From contig JBGTEY010000008.1 of assembly GCA_041747555.1 (NCBI GenBank), positions 3,557-67,556 of the forward strand: a stretch of 64,000 nucleotides of DNA, read 5' to 3'. The DNA is from Patescibacteria group bacterium. GTDB lineage: Bacteria; Patescibacteriota; Microgenomatia; UBA1400; PJMF01. Positions 9,050 to 20,085 of the stretch are shown here, one piece after another. Below the pieces are notes generated by a model that was not told where the DNA came from, made no database searches, and worked only from the letters and a program-made list of their open reading frames with translations. Position 1 is the first letter of the stretch, and the number at the start of each line of letters is the position of its first letter. The translations under genes and the position numbers were made by a program.

Positions 9050-10108
9050 CTATTGGACTGCATTTAGGGCGGCAATCTGCTCAATTAAGCGATTGCAATA
9101 TCCCCATTCGTTATCGTACCAACTGATGACTTTAAGCATATTTCCGCTGACTACGTTGGTTAGTGAGAGGTCTACGATTGATGACTCGGGCCTACCCACA
9201 ATATCTGATGAAACGACAGGATCATTGGTCACGGCAAGTATGCCCTTCCAGCGATCAAGCGTGCTCGCATTTTTGAAAATTTCATTTACTTCTTCAATTG
9301 TCGTATCTCTGCTCGTCAAGAAAACCATATCAGAAAGTGAGCCAACGGGCGTTGGTACACGCACGGCCAATCCGTCGAACTTACCCTTCAATTGAGGGAT
9401 AATTTCTGTAGTAGCTTTAGCTGCGCCGGTGCTTGTTGGAATGATATTTTCAGCTGCAGAGCGTGATCGTCTCAGATCCTTGTGTGAATTATCTTGGGTG
9501 TTTTGATCGTCAGTGTACGAATGAATTGTTGTGAGCATCGCTTTCTCAACGCCAATGTGTTGATCAATGAGTTGGACAACTGGAGCCACGCAGTTTGTGG
9601 TACAAGATGCATTTGAAAATACCTTGATATTTCGGTCAAATTCATTTACTCCGATCACAGAAGTGCTAATATTTCCATCACCCCCTGGAGCCGAAATTAA
9701 CACGGCATGCGCACCAGCCACAAAGTGCTGTGACGCCTTTTCTTCACTGGTAAAAACACCCGTAGATTCAATAACTGTATGCACTTCGTGCGCTCCCCAT
9801 GGAATTTTGGTTGGATCGCGTTGAGCGGTGACGGTAATGGTGTGGGAGCCGATGGAAATGGTTCCCAAGACTGGATCTTCGTCGGTTACGTCCTTTTTTG
9901 ATTGATGACGTTCGGTCGTAATTTCTTCTAAAAAGACACCATAATTCGAGTCGTATTTGAGCAGGTGAACCCATTGCTCAATGTCCATTGATCCCGAAGT
10001 ATTTATGACTGCCAATTCTGATTGGTCCTTAAACCTCGTCCACCAAACCCGGAACGAAGTCCGTCCAATTCTTCCAAATCCATTTATTCCAAAGCGTGGG
10101 CTGGCCAT
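9050..10108 (-). CDS. gap: Glyceraldehyde-3-phosphate dehydrogenase
   Basis: NGFGRIGR NAD-binding motif and ASCTTNC active site. Confidence 0.85.
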   Translation of the reverse strand: MASPRFGINGFGRIGRTSFRVWWTRFKDQSELAVINTSGSMDIEQWVHLLKYDSNYGVFLEEITTERHQSKKDVTDEDPVLGTISIGSHTITVTAQRDPTKIPWGAHEVHTVIESTGVFTSEEKASQHFVAGAHAVLISAPGGDGNISTSVIGVNEFDRNIKVFSNASCTTNCVAPVVQLIDQHIGVEKAMLTTIHSYTDDQNTQDNSHKDLRRSRSAAENIIPTSTGAAKATTEIIPQLKGKFDGLAVRVPTPVGSLSDMVFLTSRDTTIEEVNEIFKNASTLDRWKGILAVTNDPVVSSDIVGRPESSIVDLSLTNVVSGNMLKVISWYDNEWGYCNRLIEQIAALNAVQ

Positions 10109-10126
10109 AGATCTCCTTTTTATATA

Positions 10127-10864
10127 TTATGCAAATTCTGTTTTTACATCGTTGCTGACATAGGTGCCAATTTCTTCACCAGAAACAGCTTGGACTAAAC
10201 TGTCTCCTTTAAATAACTCAAACACCATGATCGGCATTTCGTTATCCATCGACATCGCGAGTGCTGCAGTGTCCATAACTTCAACACCTTTCATCTCGAT
10301 TGCGTCTTTGAAGGTGAGCGTTTTAAAGCGTTTGGCATCGTTGTGTTTGGTTGGGTCTTTGTCAAAAATTCCATCGACTTTGGTGGCTTTCATTAACACA
10401 TCACAGCCCAATTCTAGGGCATGGAGTGACGCTCCAGTATCGGTGGTAACGTATGGAACACCTGTTCCTGCACTGAGGATTACCACTCGACCTTTTTCCA
10501 TGTGTCTAATGGCTCTGCGGCGAATAAAACTCTCTGCTACGGCAGGCATTTGAAGCGCGGACTGCATTCTGGTTGGGACACCAACTTTTTCTAACGCATC
10601 TTGTAGTGCAAGCCCATTCATGACTGTAGCAAGCATTCCCATGTAATCACCTGTTGCTCGATCAATACCGTGTTTGGCACCTGCAATTCCGCGGAAAATA
10701 TTTCCGCCACCAATCACGACTGCAACCTCGATGTGTTTGGCATACACTTGCTTAATTTTTTTGGCTACGGTTAGGGCTGCTTCTGGATCGATACCATATT
10801 CCCTGTTTCCAAGGAGTGATTCTCCTCCTACCTTGAGCATAATTCTGCTAAATTGTCTGTTCAT
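10127..10864 (-). CDS. pyrH: UMP kinase
   Basis: LKVGGE...VVIGGGNIFRG blocks. Confidence 0.85.
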   Translation of the reverse strand: MNRQFSRIMLKVGGESLLGNREYGIDPEAALTVAKKIKQVYAKHIEVAVVIGGGNIFRGIAGAKHGIDRATGDYMGMLATVMNGLALQDALEKVGVPTRMQSALQMPAVAESFIRRRAIRHMEKGRVVILSAGTGVPYVTTDTGASLHALELGCDVLMKATKVDGIFDKDPTKHNDAKRFKTLTFKDAIEMKGVEVMDTAALAMSMDNEMPIMVFELFKGDSLVQAVSGEEIGTYVSNDVKTEFA

Positions 10865-10882
10865 ATCTACCTTTCACTTTTC

Positions 10883-11914
10883 TTAAAATGGTAATTTAGT
10901 TCTCAATCTTAGTAATTTCCATCGCACTTTATCTGCAAACGTAAACAGTGAGTATAGCGGATCGTCGAGTATCAGGTCGTATGTTCCAACAAATTCTACC
11001 AAGTCGCCTCCATATCCTTTCTTGAACCGATGAAAGCCATACCATGGATTGTTTTTATTCGGTTCGGGTCCGAGCGATCCCCAGAGATCAAATGACGTGC
11101 ACCCCGAGTTTTTTCCAAACTGAATCATTTCCCACATCAATAGATTGCTCGCCATCACGTCCCTGTGGAGATTTCTTGAGGCTCCATATGGATAATATAA
11201 CACGTTATTAAAGACAAACACGATCCAAGAGACAAGAACCGTATCATCATACACAGCGTTGAAAATTCGCAACATGCCGCTGTTTCCCAATTCATCCCAC
11301 ATGGTTCTAAAATACTGCGGCCCATGGGCATAAAATCCTTGCCTCGAAGTTGTTTCTTCGAGGATTGAAATGTATTGTTCCATGCCTTCTTTTGAAGTAT
11401 TTTCAAAAATTTGCACGCCTTTTTGCTGTGCTAGTTTTACGTTGTAGCGAGTTTTACTGGACATGTTTGCCAGCAGTTTTTCTTCAGATTGGGTTAAATC
11501 AAGGAGGAAGCTATAGCGTGTAAAAAGTGGGCGTCCCCGTTTTGCATTGCGAGATTCGAGAAAGGAGCGGATATGTTGATGTGCAGTAGGTACTCCAACT
11601 TTTTGAGCAATATTGGGTTCCATTTTTATGAACAGCGCGCCGTGTTTTTTTCCGAGTTCTTTAATTGCCGATAGCTGCTCTTCATCTGGCATGTAACCTT
11701 TTGGAAGATAGCCTGCGGTTTTTGAAATCAAAGGAATTGGGTGAAACGTGACTTGGACACCGTGCGTAATGATCCCCTCATTAAAGAGCCCCACGCGCTC
11801 CACTGCCACCCCAGTTTTTTTGCGAAACTCCCCCCATTCCCACGACTGCAATGGATGGCCCACAACTGCGTTATATGCTTCTTTTTCTTCTGTGCGGACT
11901 TGTCTAAAAATCAT
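10883..11914 (-). CDS. FemAB-family aminoacyl-tRNA-dependent peptidoglycan peptide-bridge transferase homolog
   Basis: TRYNVKLAQQKGVQI (FemAB RYNIRKA motif), YYPYGAS and FKKGYGG C-terminal blocks. Confidence 0.55.
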   Translation of the reverse strand: MIFRQVRTEEKEAYNAVVGHPLQSWEWGEFRKKTGVAVERVGLFNEGIITHGVQVTFHPIPLISKTAGYLPKGYMPDEEQLSAIKELGKKHGALFIKMEPNIAQKVGVPTAHQHIRSFLESRNAKRGRPLFTRYSFLLDLTQSEEKLLANMSSKTRYNVKLAQQKGVQIFENTSKEGMEQYISILEETTSRQGFYAHGPQYFRTMWDELGNSGMLRIFNAVYDDTVLVSWIVFVFNNVLYYPYGASRNLHRDVMASNLLMWEMIQFGKNSGCTSFDLWGSLGPEPNKNNPWYGFHRFKKGYGGDLVEFVGTYDLILDDPLYSLFTFADKVRWKLLRLRTKLPF

Positions 11915-11943
11915 AACTCTCTTCTATACTACACCGTAATTGC

Positions 11944-13893
11944 TTAGTGGTTAATGAGATCTTCCAGAGAACGCTCTCCTGACAAGATCCCTTCCATCAA
12001 GTCATCGTCTACCGGAACGTATCGACGGCCAGAAGGTTGTTTAGGAGTCTTTTTCCCATTCCAACCAACGCTTGATGTAATTGTGGCGTCGCTCCGTACA
12101 TCCAAAAGCTCAGCATCGATGTCACTGAGAAATCGACTTTTTAAGGATTGCACCACGCGACCATACTGAAATCTTGATCGAGCAAAACTCAGATACAGGT
12201 GCTGTTTTGCTCGAGTGATACCCACATAACAGAGTCTTCTCTCCTCCTCAAGCTGATCAGGATCTATGAAGGTCCTTGAGTGAGGGAATAGGCCTTCTTC
12301 CATGCCTACCATGAAGACTATTTCGAACTCAAGTCCTTTGGCAGCGTGAAAACTCATGAGAGATACAACAGCATTTTTATCTTGTTCTGAGGTTTGGGAA
12401 TCCAGAAGATAGTCGTTTTGAATAAGTGCAATATTTTCCAGAAAAGTAACTACGGTATCAAATTGTGCTGCCACATTGATTAACTCTTCTATGTTCGCTA
12501 GTCGTTGCAAATTTTCTTCTGTTTTGCGGTCGTATTTATTGAGGTAATCAGTGACGTCGAGTATCTGTTTAAGGATTGCTGCCGGACTGGCCTGGAGTGT
12601 TGAATCTTGAGAAATCGTACCAAGCCACTTTGAAAACGTGTCAAAACGACGTTTCCCAAGTTTTACAATTCGTTCGTGGCTGACGGTATCATCTCGATTG
12701 AGCGCGTACCTGAGGTATGAGACGACGTCTTTGACTTCTTTGCGCTCGTAAAATTTTGTGCCACCTATGAGTTGGTACGGTATTCCTGCCGCAATAAATG
12801 CCTCTTCAAATTCACGAGATTGAGCATTGGTCCTGTATAAAATTGCCATCGAATCGAGTGAAACATCAGCACTCATTCGTTTGATTGTCATCGCGACTTG
12901 TTCTGCTTCAGTTCGGCTACTTGCGTGCTCAAATAACACAATTCGGTTGCCGGCTGATTGATTCGTCCAGAGCTCGAGAATTGGATGACTGGTGTTGAGT
13001 GAAATAACTTGGGTTGCAGCGTCAAGAATGTTTTGGTTTGATCGGTAGTTTTGATCGAGACGGTACTCAGTGACATGTTCAAAATCGGATTGCAATTGGA
13101 GCATATTTCGGTAGTCTGCTCCACGCCATGCATAGATACTTTGACTAAAATCACCCACCACATATAAATTATTTTGCGGTGCTGCAAATAGCTTGCTTAA
13201 CTCATACTGCACCTTATTTGTGTCCTGATATTCGTCTATCAGTACGTGGGTTAATCTTGTTTGATACATATCTCTCACTTGAGGCACGGTTGAAAGTAAT
13301 CTGTAGGTCATAAGTAAGAGGTCATCAAAATCAACAGCTTGCGCGTTTTGGAGTGCTTTTTGATACTTTGCATATACTTTGGCAACAAGTTGCTGATACT
13401 GGCCTCGTGCCAGGTTAGCATACTTGTTAGGTCCGATTAATTCATTTTTTGCGTTTGAAATCGTGCCTGCAACTGCTGCAGGGTTATGCTGATTTTTATC
13501 GAGATTGAGTTCGTCATAGACTTGCTTGAAGAGTTGCTTCTGGTCACTTGAGTCGTATATGGTGAACGAGTTATTGAGTCCAATGTGATGTCCATGTGCT
13601 CTCAAAATTCTTGCGCAAATGCTATGAAATGTGCCTGAAAGCGGCAAATGTTGACCAGTTTTCTGAAAAATTCTTTCCCTAATTTCACCCGCTGCTTTAT
13701 TGGTGAAAGTAACCACGAGTGCTTGATGCGGTAAGACCTTTTTTTCTTCGATAAGTCGGGCTACGCGAGTTGTGAGGACGCTGGTTTTGCCAGAGCCCGC
13801 TCCCGCCAAGACCATTGCCGGTCCTTCATCATGAAGCACTGCTTGCTGTTGGTTAGGGTTGAGTGAGGAAAATTGAGTAGACACGAAAAACAT
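11944..13893 (-). CDS. pcrA: ATP-dependent DNA helicase of the UvrD/PcrA family
   Basis: AGAGSGKT Walker A and the ordered SF1 helicase motifs. Confidence 0.8.
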   Translation of the reverse strand: MFFVSTQFSSLNPNQQQAVLHDEGPAMVLAGAGSGKTSVLTTRVARLIEEKKVLPHQALVVTFTNKAAGEIRERIFQKTGQHLPLSGTFHSICARILRAHGHHIGLNNSFTIYDSSDQKQLFKQVYDELNLDKNQHNPAAVAGTISNAKNELIGPNKYANLARGQYQQLVAKVYAKYQKALQNAQAVDFDDLLLMTYRLLSTVPQVRDMYQTRLTHVLIDEYQDTNKVQYELSKLFAAPQNNLYVVGDFSQSIYAWRGADYRNMLQLQSDFEHVTEYRLDQNYRSNQNILDAATQVISLNTSHPILELWTNQSAGNRIVLFEHASSRTEAEQVAMTIKRMSADVSLDSMAILYRTNAQSREFEEAFIAAGIPYQLIGGTKFYERKEVKDVVSYLRYALNRDDTVSHERIVKLGKRRFDTFSKWLGTISQDSTLQASPAAILKQILDVTDYLNKYDRKTEENLQRLANIEELINVAAQFDTVVTFLENIALIQNDYLLDSQTSEQDKNAVVSLMSFHAAKGLEFEIVFMVGMEEGLFPHSRTFIDPDQLEEERRLCYVGITRAKQHLYLSFARSRFQYGRVVQSLKSRFLSDIDAELLDVRSDATITSSVGWNGKKTPKQPSGRRYVPVDDDLMEGILSGERSLEDLINH

Positions 13894-13932
13894 CCTAACA
13901 TATCTACCCCGAAGTGGTACACTGATGAATAT

Positions 13933-14601
13933 ATGAAGTATGTCATCGCAAACCTGAAATCAAATAAAAATACAGCTGAGGTCGCAGACTGGATTCAATC
14001 ATACACCGGGAAAAAATCCGACGCGGTCACCGCAATACTTGCACCATCACTCGTGCATTTAACACAGGTATCTGATGCTGGAGATGACCGATTTGCTCTA
14101 GCAGCTCAAGATGTGAGTCAGTTTCCAATGGGTTCATATACTGGCGCAGTGAACGCTCGCCAGCTCAAAGAAATTGGTGTGCAGTATGCTATTGTCGGTC
14201 ACTCAGAGCGAAGACGCTACTTTGGAGAGACACATGCGCAAATTGCAAATAAGATCGCGCAACTACTTGATGAAGGTATCACTCCAGTGCTCTGCCTCGA
14301 TACGGAATACATAGTCGAACAAGCTGCGGTGATGGATCCAGAGCATCAGAAAAAAATAATCGTGGCGTATGAACCTCTTTCTGCGATTGGATCTGGCAAA
14401 AATCAAGACGTAGGAACTGTCACCGAAGTTGTCAAGGAGATCCACCAAGTTTATGACGATCAAGTGCCCGTCCTCTATGGAGGAAGCGTGACTGAGGACA
14501 ATGTGCGTGAGTACAGCCTCGTTTGTGATGGTGTCTTAGTTGGAGGTGCAAGCCTCGATCCAAAGCATTTTTCCCGAATTGTCGCAGCAATTACTGCGTA
14601 A
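13933..14601 (+). CDS. tpiA: Triosephosphate isomerase (start moved to MKYVIANLK)
   Basis: N-terminal IAxNxKxN block, VGHSERR, and AYEPLSAIGSG signature. Confidence 0.8.
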   Translation: MKYVIANLKSNKNTAEVADWIQSYTGKKSDAVTAILAPSLVHLTQVSDAGDDRFALAAQDVSQFPMGSYTGAVNARQLKEIGVQYAIVGHSERRRYFGETHAQIANKIAQLLDEGITPVLCLDTEYIVEQAAVMDPEHQKKIIVAYEPLSAIGSGKNQDVGTVTEVVKEIHQVYDDQVPVLYGGSVTEDNVREYSLVCDGVLVGGASLDPKHFSRIVAAITA

Positions 14602-16384
14602 GATTTTCTTGGTTTTGTGGAATTTTAAATACGACATAATCAGTACTTTCGATTGCTATCTCAAAAATTTCTCTCATCATGGCTTCATCCGCCAGCCACA
14701 CATGTCTTGAGTTATTGCTAACTGTTATGTAGTCCAAACTATACTTTTCCCAGAGATCTGGTTGATTTGGATTTTTGTACAGTGAACCTGCGTCACGTTC
14801 TACTTCTTCGTAGTCATACCCGTGAGTCCAGAGCCATCCACGGAACGTCAAGAGAGATTGACGACCAGTTAGTGTGTATAGCCAGTGATTGTGATGATCG
14901 CCGGTTAACCAAACAGAATCAGGTGAGGTGTTATTTTTTGCCCAATCAACAAGCATCATGTCATTTGCAGAATACATACCAACGCCATGGAGCTCAAACC
15001 GAATTACCCTCCAGGCATCTATTGCACCTGCAGCAGTCAATACAAAAAAGATACAACTTGCCACGAGCATTCCAACATACTTATTTTTATAATTCCAAAG
15101 ATATACAACGGCGTACCCAGCTAACCCAGAAATACCCAGCGATGCCCAAGTCAGTATCTTGGTATTGTCCCAAATGAACGGCTGAAACAGTATTAAGTTA
15201 ACTAGGAGCAGCATCACAAAAAATGGTAAGAAGATGGTGATTGTTCCCGTTCTCTCTGCAGAATTTTTCGCATCACGGAGTTTGATAATTAATCCCAACA
15301 GCGCCACGAGTGGCGTGATAGTCCAGTTGTTAAGCCAAAATTGTATAAATGAAATATCTTCTGCTTTGGAATACCATCCTGGAAACCACTGGAAAAAATT
15401 ATGACTCACGTTTTGGTTGAGAAAAGTAAGGTAAATTGGTAGCGCAATCAGGCCAGAAACGGTCCCAATTATCACCGCTGGAGTGAGTGTTTCTTTCCAT
15501 GACATGCCGAGTTGTTTTTTTTGAATAATTGAACCAATCGTCCAAATCGGCATTACAATTCCAAGAGCCAGGAATGAATGACTATGTAAAATTGGCATCA
15601 GGCCTATGAGTACGCCGGCGACTATAGCGGGTGTTAAAAGATGTTTTGGTATTGATTTATCTCGAGTAATCCACTTTTTCAAGCGCGTAAACCATCCTGC
15701 TTTTCTGTCAGAAAAATACACTCTGTGAACAAGGATTAAACTGAGAAGCGCAATCGGAAAACCATGCGTAAACGCTCGTTGTGGAATCACCATGCTGTAT
15801 ATTACCGATATCCACTCAATGACGTAGCCTTTAGATAAGTGCGTGTACTCACGCGGTGGCGTGATCATTGTTTCGAATGGTGTTTCAGAACCAATGATAT
15901 CTGAAAAGTATTCAACAAATCCAATTCCCCCATTCCATAGAAAAATGAGCGACGCGATGATGGCAATGCTCTCTTTTTTAAAGAGCGTTTTATAAAATGC
16001 AAACAACGCAACCACAAATAGTATGCACGCAATAAAAGACGGCACGATGAACGCAGAGAAAAATGGCACCCCTAAGCGAATGAGAGTAGCTGAAATCATG
16101 TTTGCTACGAAAGGATAGCTGAATGGTGCTCCAATCAAAAAAGGGCTCGAAGAGAGGAAGAGATCGCGATACGCCATCGCCGATCCCATGGTGAAGTGCG
16201 CAGCCCAGTCTCCCCAAATGCTCATGTGATATACCGTCACTGAAGTATCAGGTGCAATTTTGATAGCATTCATCCAAAAGTACAAAAAGTACAAAAACCA
16301 CCCCAAAAAAAACACAAGCGACCATGGATGGGCGCGTGCTAGTGAAATTATTTGTGAAACAAAGGACTTTTTTCTTTTCAGCAC
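14591..16384 (-). CDS. Large polytopic membrane protein (about 14 TM helices) with a C-terminal soluble domain; possibly a GT-C-type glycosyltransferase
   Basis: Hydrophobicity pattern only. Confidence 0.3.
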   Translation of the reverse strand: MLKRKKSFVSQIISLARAHPWSLVFFLGWFLYFLYFWMNAIKIAPDTSVTVYHMSIWGDWAAHFTMGSAMAYRDLFLSSSPFLIGAPFSYPFVANMISATLIRLGVPFFSAFIVPSFIACILFVVALFAFYKTLFKKESIAIIASLIFLWNGGIGFVEYFSDIIGSETPFETMITPPREYTHLSKGYVIEWISVIYSMVIPQRAFTHGFPIALLSLILVHRVYFSDRKAGWFTRLKKWITRDKSIPKHLLTPAIVAGVLIGLMPILHSHSFLALGIVMPIWTIGSIIQKKQLGMSWKETLTPAVIIGTVSGLIALPIYLTFLNQNVSHNFFQWFPGWYSKAEDISFIQFWLNNWTITPLVALLGLIIKLRDAKNSAERTGTITIFLPFFVMLLLVNLILFQPFIWDNTKILTWASLGISGLAGYAVVYLWNYKNKYVGMLVASCIFFVLTAAGAIDAWRVIRFELHGVGMYSANDMMLVDWAKNNTSPDSVWLTGDHHNHWLYTLTGRQSLLTFRGWLWTHGYDYEEVERDAGSLYKNPNQPDLWEKYSLDYITVSNNSRHVWLADEAMMREIFEIAIESTDYVVFKIPQNQENLTQ

Positions 16385-16447
16385 CGTCTTATCATGAAAA
16401 CTTTTTCACTGAATGTCAATTGGGGGTTGCTTAAAAAATGTGGAAAT

Positions 16448-17365
16448 TTAGGACGCAGGTTCGGCAAATTGACCACTCACCCACCCCTGTTTTTCATCAA
16501 AAGTAATTTCATGCCAACCGTTGATTACATTCCCTGTGCTTGGATAGACCTCACCCACGGTAACATATCCTACCTCTGGGCTATTAGAGTTTGCATCGCT
16601 TCGAACGCGCAGTACTTCCTTGCCTTCGACAAAAAAGTTGGTCGTTAAAATCCGCACATTTCCAGCATTTTCGGACGGTGACGCGCTGTCTGTTGCAATT
16701 GATCCGCTCGCTGGTGGTGGTTCAGAAACCTGCGCAGAGTTTGATGCTGCGATTGGCAGTGACTCTCGATCAGGCGGCGCGGTTGGTTCTGGCTCATCAG
16801 ACATCTTCGCTAGCTTTACATTAATCAACATTCGTTGACCAGGTAGTACAAAGATTGTATTTTTTTGTGGAACATACGAGGGAAGCATGACTGTGTACTC
16901 AATATTTCCTGGTGCAACATTCTTAAACAGTACCGGTGTGTAATCTTTTCGCTCACCCTCAAGTTCTACGATTGCAGTGTCTGGGATTGAGACAAAAGAT
17001 ACTTCTGAAGTGTGCTTAGTTTCTATTGGCTCAAATTCATATATGACTCCTCCACTGGTTTCAGGTCGTCTTCCTGGTCGCCAAACCATGACTGTCAGCG
17101 CACCTGAACGAACAGTAATTGAAGTTTCATATTCAACGTATGTTTCATCATCGGGAACAATTTTAATGGTGTATTGACCTGGTTTCAGTGTTTTTTCTAT
17201 GAGTGGAGTTTTGTCGAGCAGTTGACCATTGAGGAACACCGAGCTTTTGATGTTGTTGGTACTAACTTGCAACCCTGCTGGAGCAGTTTTCTTAAAGGGA
17301 TTAAAAAATACAAAGCCAATTGCCAAAACCATAATCAGTAGTAATCCAAAAATCAATCGCTTCAT
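16448..17365 (-). CDS. Membrane-anchored PEGA-domain protein with a C-terminal bacterial SH3-like domain
   Basis: N-terminal TM helix, PEGA-like blocks (NGQLLDKTPL...PGQYTIKI), and an SH3b-like C-terminus (GWHEITFDEKQGWVSG). Confidence 0.4.
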   Translation of the reverse strand: MKRLIFGLLLIMVLAIGFVFFNPFKKTAPAGLQVSTNNIKSSVFLNGQLLDKTPLIEKTLKPGQYTIKIVPDDETYVEYETSITVRSGALTVMVWRPGRRPETSGGVIYEFEPIETKHTSEVSFVSIPDTAIVELEGERKDYTPVLFKNVAPGNIEYTVMLPSYVPQKNTIFVLPGQRMLINVKLAKMSDEPEPTAPPDRESLPIAASNSAQVSEPPPASGSIATDSASPSENAGNVRILTTNFFVEGKEVLRVRSDANSNSPEVGYVTVGEVYPSTGNVINGWHEITFDEKQGWVSGQFAEPAS

Positions 17366-17404
17366 GTAATCAGTGTATCACGACCCCTGGTAGTATCCGT
17401 GGGC

Positions 17405-20008
17405 TTACTTGACCTGAGGCTTACGAACCAGAGCCTTTTCTAAGACTTCGGCGACGGTTGCCATCGGGATAAAGGTTATATTTTTCTTAACAGACTCTGG
17501 AATTTCTACAAGATCGCGCTCATTATCCTGTGGAATCAATACAATTTTGCTCCCTGCTCGTTGCGCAGCAATACTCTTTTCTTTAAGCCCGCCAATGCGT
17601 AATACTCGTCCACGGAGCGTCACTTCTCCTGTCATCGCAACATCTCGCCTCACTGCAATACCTGTAAATGCAGAAACAATAGCTGTCGTCATGGTGACAC
17701 CAGCAGACGGACCATCCTTGGGAACTGCTCCCTCAGGAACGTGAATGTGGACATCAGATTTTCGTAACGCTTCTTCGTCAATTCCGAGCGAAGCAGCGTT
17801 TGCTTTGACATATGTCAGGGCAGCCTCAGCAGATTCTTTCATCACATCACCAAGCTTACCAGTTAATTTTACCTTGCCTGCTCCTGGAGTGAGTGCAGCT
17901 TCTATAAAGAGTACGTCCCCACCAACAGATGTCCAAGCAAGACCTGTAGCTTGGCCAACGACGTCTTCCTCATCGGTGAGCGTCACGTCATATTGTTCTG
18001 GTCCTAAGTATTTTTTCAATACTTTTGGGGTAATTCTGATTTTGGTGTTTTTCTTATCCTTACTGAGTTTGACTGCAATGTTCCGCGCTGCTTTCCTCAG
18101 GACCTTGTTGAGTGTTCTTTCAAGCTCTCGGACTCCTGCTTCCCTGGTATACACTTGAATTGTTCTGCGGATCGCTTTAGCAGAGTAGCTGAAGTCTTTG
18201 TCGGTTAAACCATTCACTTCAGTTACTTTTTGGAGTAAATGATCTTGGGCGATATGGAATTTTTCATCTTCTGTATACCCAGCGTAGCGAATAATTTCGA
18301 GGCGATCGCGAAGTGCGGGCGGAATAGTATCGAGCGTGTTGGCGGTAGTTATGAACATGACTTTCGAGAGATCGAAAGGAATATCAAGATAGTGATCTTC
18401 AAACGAAAAGTTTTGTTCTGGATCGAGAGCCTCGAGTAGTGCCGCTGAGGGATCACCGCGGAAATCATTTCCAACTTTATCAATTTCGTCGAGCATAAAC
18501 ACGGGATTCATGCTCCCCGCCTGCTTTATACCGCTGATAATTCTACCTGGCATAGCGCCGACATAGGTGCGTCTGTGCCCTCTTATTTCTGCTTCATCGC
18601 GGATGCCACCGAGGGACATTTTGACAAATTTTCTACCGAGAGCCTCTGCAATAGACCGACCGATACTTGTTTTACCCACACCAGGTGGTCCTACGAAACA
18701 GAGGATGGTTGGCAAATTAGTTTGCGATGCTTTTTTATTGTCAGTTTTTTCTTCAGCTCTCTTTTGCTTAAGCTGAAGTACAGACATGTATTCAAGAATT
18801 CGGTCTTTTACTTCTTCTAAACCATAGTGATTCTTGGCAAGGATTTTTGACGCTTTTTCGATGTCGACATTACCCTTACTAAATGTGCCCCATGGTAATT
18901 CTAAAATAGCATCGAGCCAGCTTCTGAGATATCCTGCTTCTGGATTATTAACAGACATTTGTTTAAGCCGTCGGACTTCTTTGGCAATTTTCTCTTTAAC
19001 TTCTTTTGGAATTTTTGCTTTTTTGAGTTTCTGCTCGTAATCACTCAGTACTTCTTCATCGTCATCTATATCGCCAAGTTCTTTTTGAATTGTTCTGAGG
19101 CGCTCGCGGAGAATATTCTCCCGCATGTGTTTGTCAAACTTTTCTTGTGTTTTGCTGACAACGTCTTTTTCGATTTCCAAAACCTTCATCTCGTGCGCTA
19201 AATGCTCGATGACTTGTTTGAGTCGTTTTTTGACATTTGTGGTCTCTAAAATGTTTTGTTTGGCTTTGGTTTTGATTGCGAGGGTGCTTGCAACCTGATC
19301 AACTAGTTCACCATTGGTGACGCCACCCATGAGCTTCATGAAGTTTAAAAATTCAACCGGTTTGCCCATGTGAACTGCTTTGCGGAATTCTTTTTGAAGG
19401 TGTGCAACCATTGCCTTCATTTCATCATCGTTGGGATCTGGCTCATCAAGTCTAGTAACGGTTGCGACCATTTTGGGAAATGTTGTGGTAAATTGCTCTA
19501 CACGAACACGTCCAATTCCTCGGACAAGCGCGTTAACACTGTCTTCTGTTTTGAGTGTTTTTTCGATAATTGCGAGCGTGCCAATTTGGTACAGATCTGA
19601 GGGGTTTGGTGTGTTAACTTTTGGATCACGTTGGGTGAGGAGCACCACCATTTTTTTATTGGTGTTGGCTTCCTTGATCGCATTGAGTGAAATTTTTCTG
19701 CCGAATGTTAGCACTGACTCAGTACTAGGAAAAAGTACGCCCTCGCGAATTGGAACGACAGGCAGTGTCAACGGACCTTTCTTGCGAGGTCTCTTAACTA
19801 TGCTGATGTTGCCCGATTTCTTGATGGTGAGCGCAGTTTCATCTGAAGAGTCTGTAGTAGTCGTTTCTTCGACTGCTTCAGTTTTTTTAGGCTGATTTAC
19901 ACTCGTATCATTCTTTGAAATTTCACTCATGGCAGTTTTGAGCGTGTCCGTTGTAGTCGACGTTTTCTTCTTGGTTTGCTTGGGTTTTGTGTCGCTATTG
20001 TCTGTCAT
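17405..20008 (-). CDS. lon: ATP-dependent Lon protease, with a low-complexity K/T-rich N-terminal extension
   Basis: GPPGVGKTS Walker A and the catalytic DGPSAGVTMTTAIVSA S16 motif. Confidence 0.85.
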   Translation of the reverse strand: MTDNSDTKPKQTKKKTSTTTDTLKTAMSEISKNDTSVNQPKKTEAVEETTTTDSSDETALTIKKSGNISIVKRPRKKGPLTLPVVPIREGVLFPSTESVLTFGRKISLNAIKEANTNKKMVVLLTQRDPKVNTPNPSDLYQIGTLAIIEKTLKTEDSVNALVRGIGRVRVEQFTTTFPKMVATVTRLDEPDPNDDEMKAMVAHLQKEFRKAVHMGKPVEFLNFMKLMGGVTNGELVDQVASTLAIKTKAKQNILETTNVKKRLKQVIEHLAHEMKVLEIEKDVVSKTQEKFDKHMRENILRERLRTIQKELGDIDDDEEVLSDYEQKLKKAKIPKEVKEKIAKEVRRLKQMSVNNPEAGYLRSWLDAILELPWGTFSKGNVDIEKASKILAKNHYGLEEVKDRILEYMSVLQLKQKRAEEKTDNKKASQTNLPTILCFVGPPGVGKTSIGRSIAEALGRKFVKMSLGGIRDEAEIRGHRRTYVGAMPGRIISGIKQAGSMNPVFMLDEIDKVGNDFRGDPSAALLEALDPEQNFSFEDHYLDIPFDLSKVMFITTANTLDTIPPALRDRLEIIRYAGYTEDEKFHIAQDHLLQKVTEVNGLTDKDFSYSAKAIRRTIQVYTREAGVRELERTLNKVLRKAARNIAVKLSKDKKNTKIRITPKVLKKYLGPEQYDVTLTDEEDVVGQATGLAWTSVGGDVLFIEAALTPGAGKVKLTGKLGDVMKESAEAALTYVKANAASLGIDEEALRKSDVHIHVPEGAVPKDGPSAGVTMTTAIVSAFTGIAVRRDVAMTGEVTLRGRVLRIGGLKEKSIAAQRAGSKIVLIPQDNERDLVEIPESVKKNITFIPMATVAEVLEKALVRKPQVK

Positions 20009-20020
20009 ATGATCTATGAA

Positions 20021-20047
20021 TTAGCATTCTATTTGTTTGACTGCTAA
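20021..20047 (-). promoter_or_regulatory. CIRCE-like inverted repeat, a putative HrcA operator, ending 12 nt upstream of the lon ATG
   Basis: TTAGCAGTC-N9-GAATGCTAA in minus-strand sense, 8/9 + 8/9 matches to the canonical TTAGCACTC-N9-GAGTGCTAA. Confidence 0.45.
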
Positions 20048-20085
20048 AAATCAAGGGGAAAATGAGAAATTGAGAAGTCGTGCTG

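Noticed and set aside
13873-13932. A 21-nt divergent overlap between the pcrA and tpiA start regions
   Set aside because: The TIM N-terminal consensus begins at MKYVIANLK (13933). That start removes the overlap.
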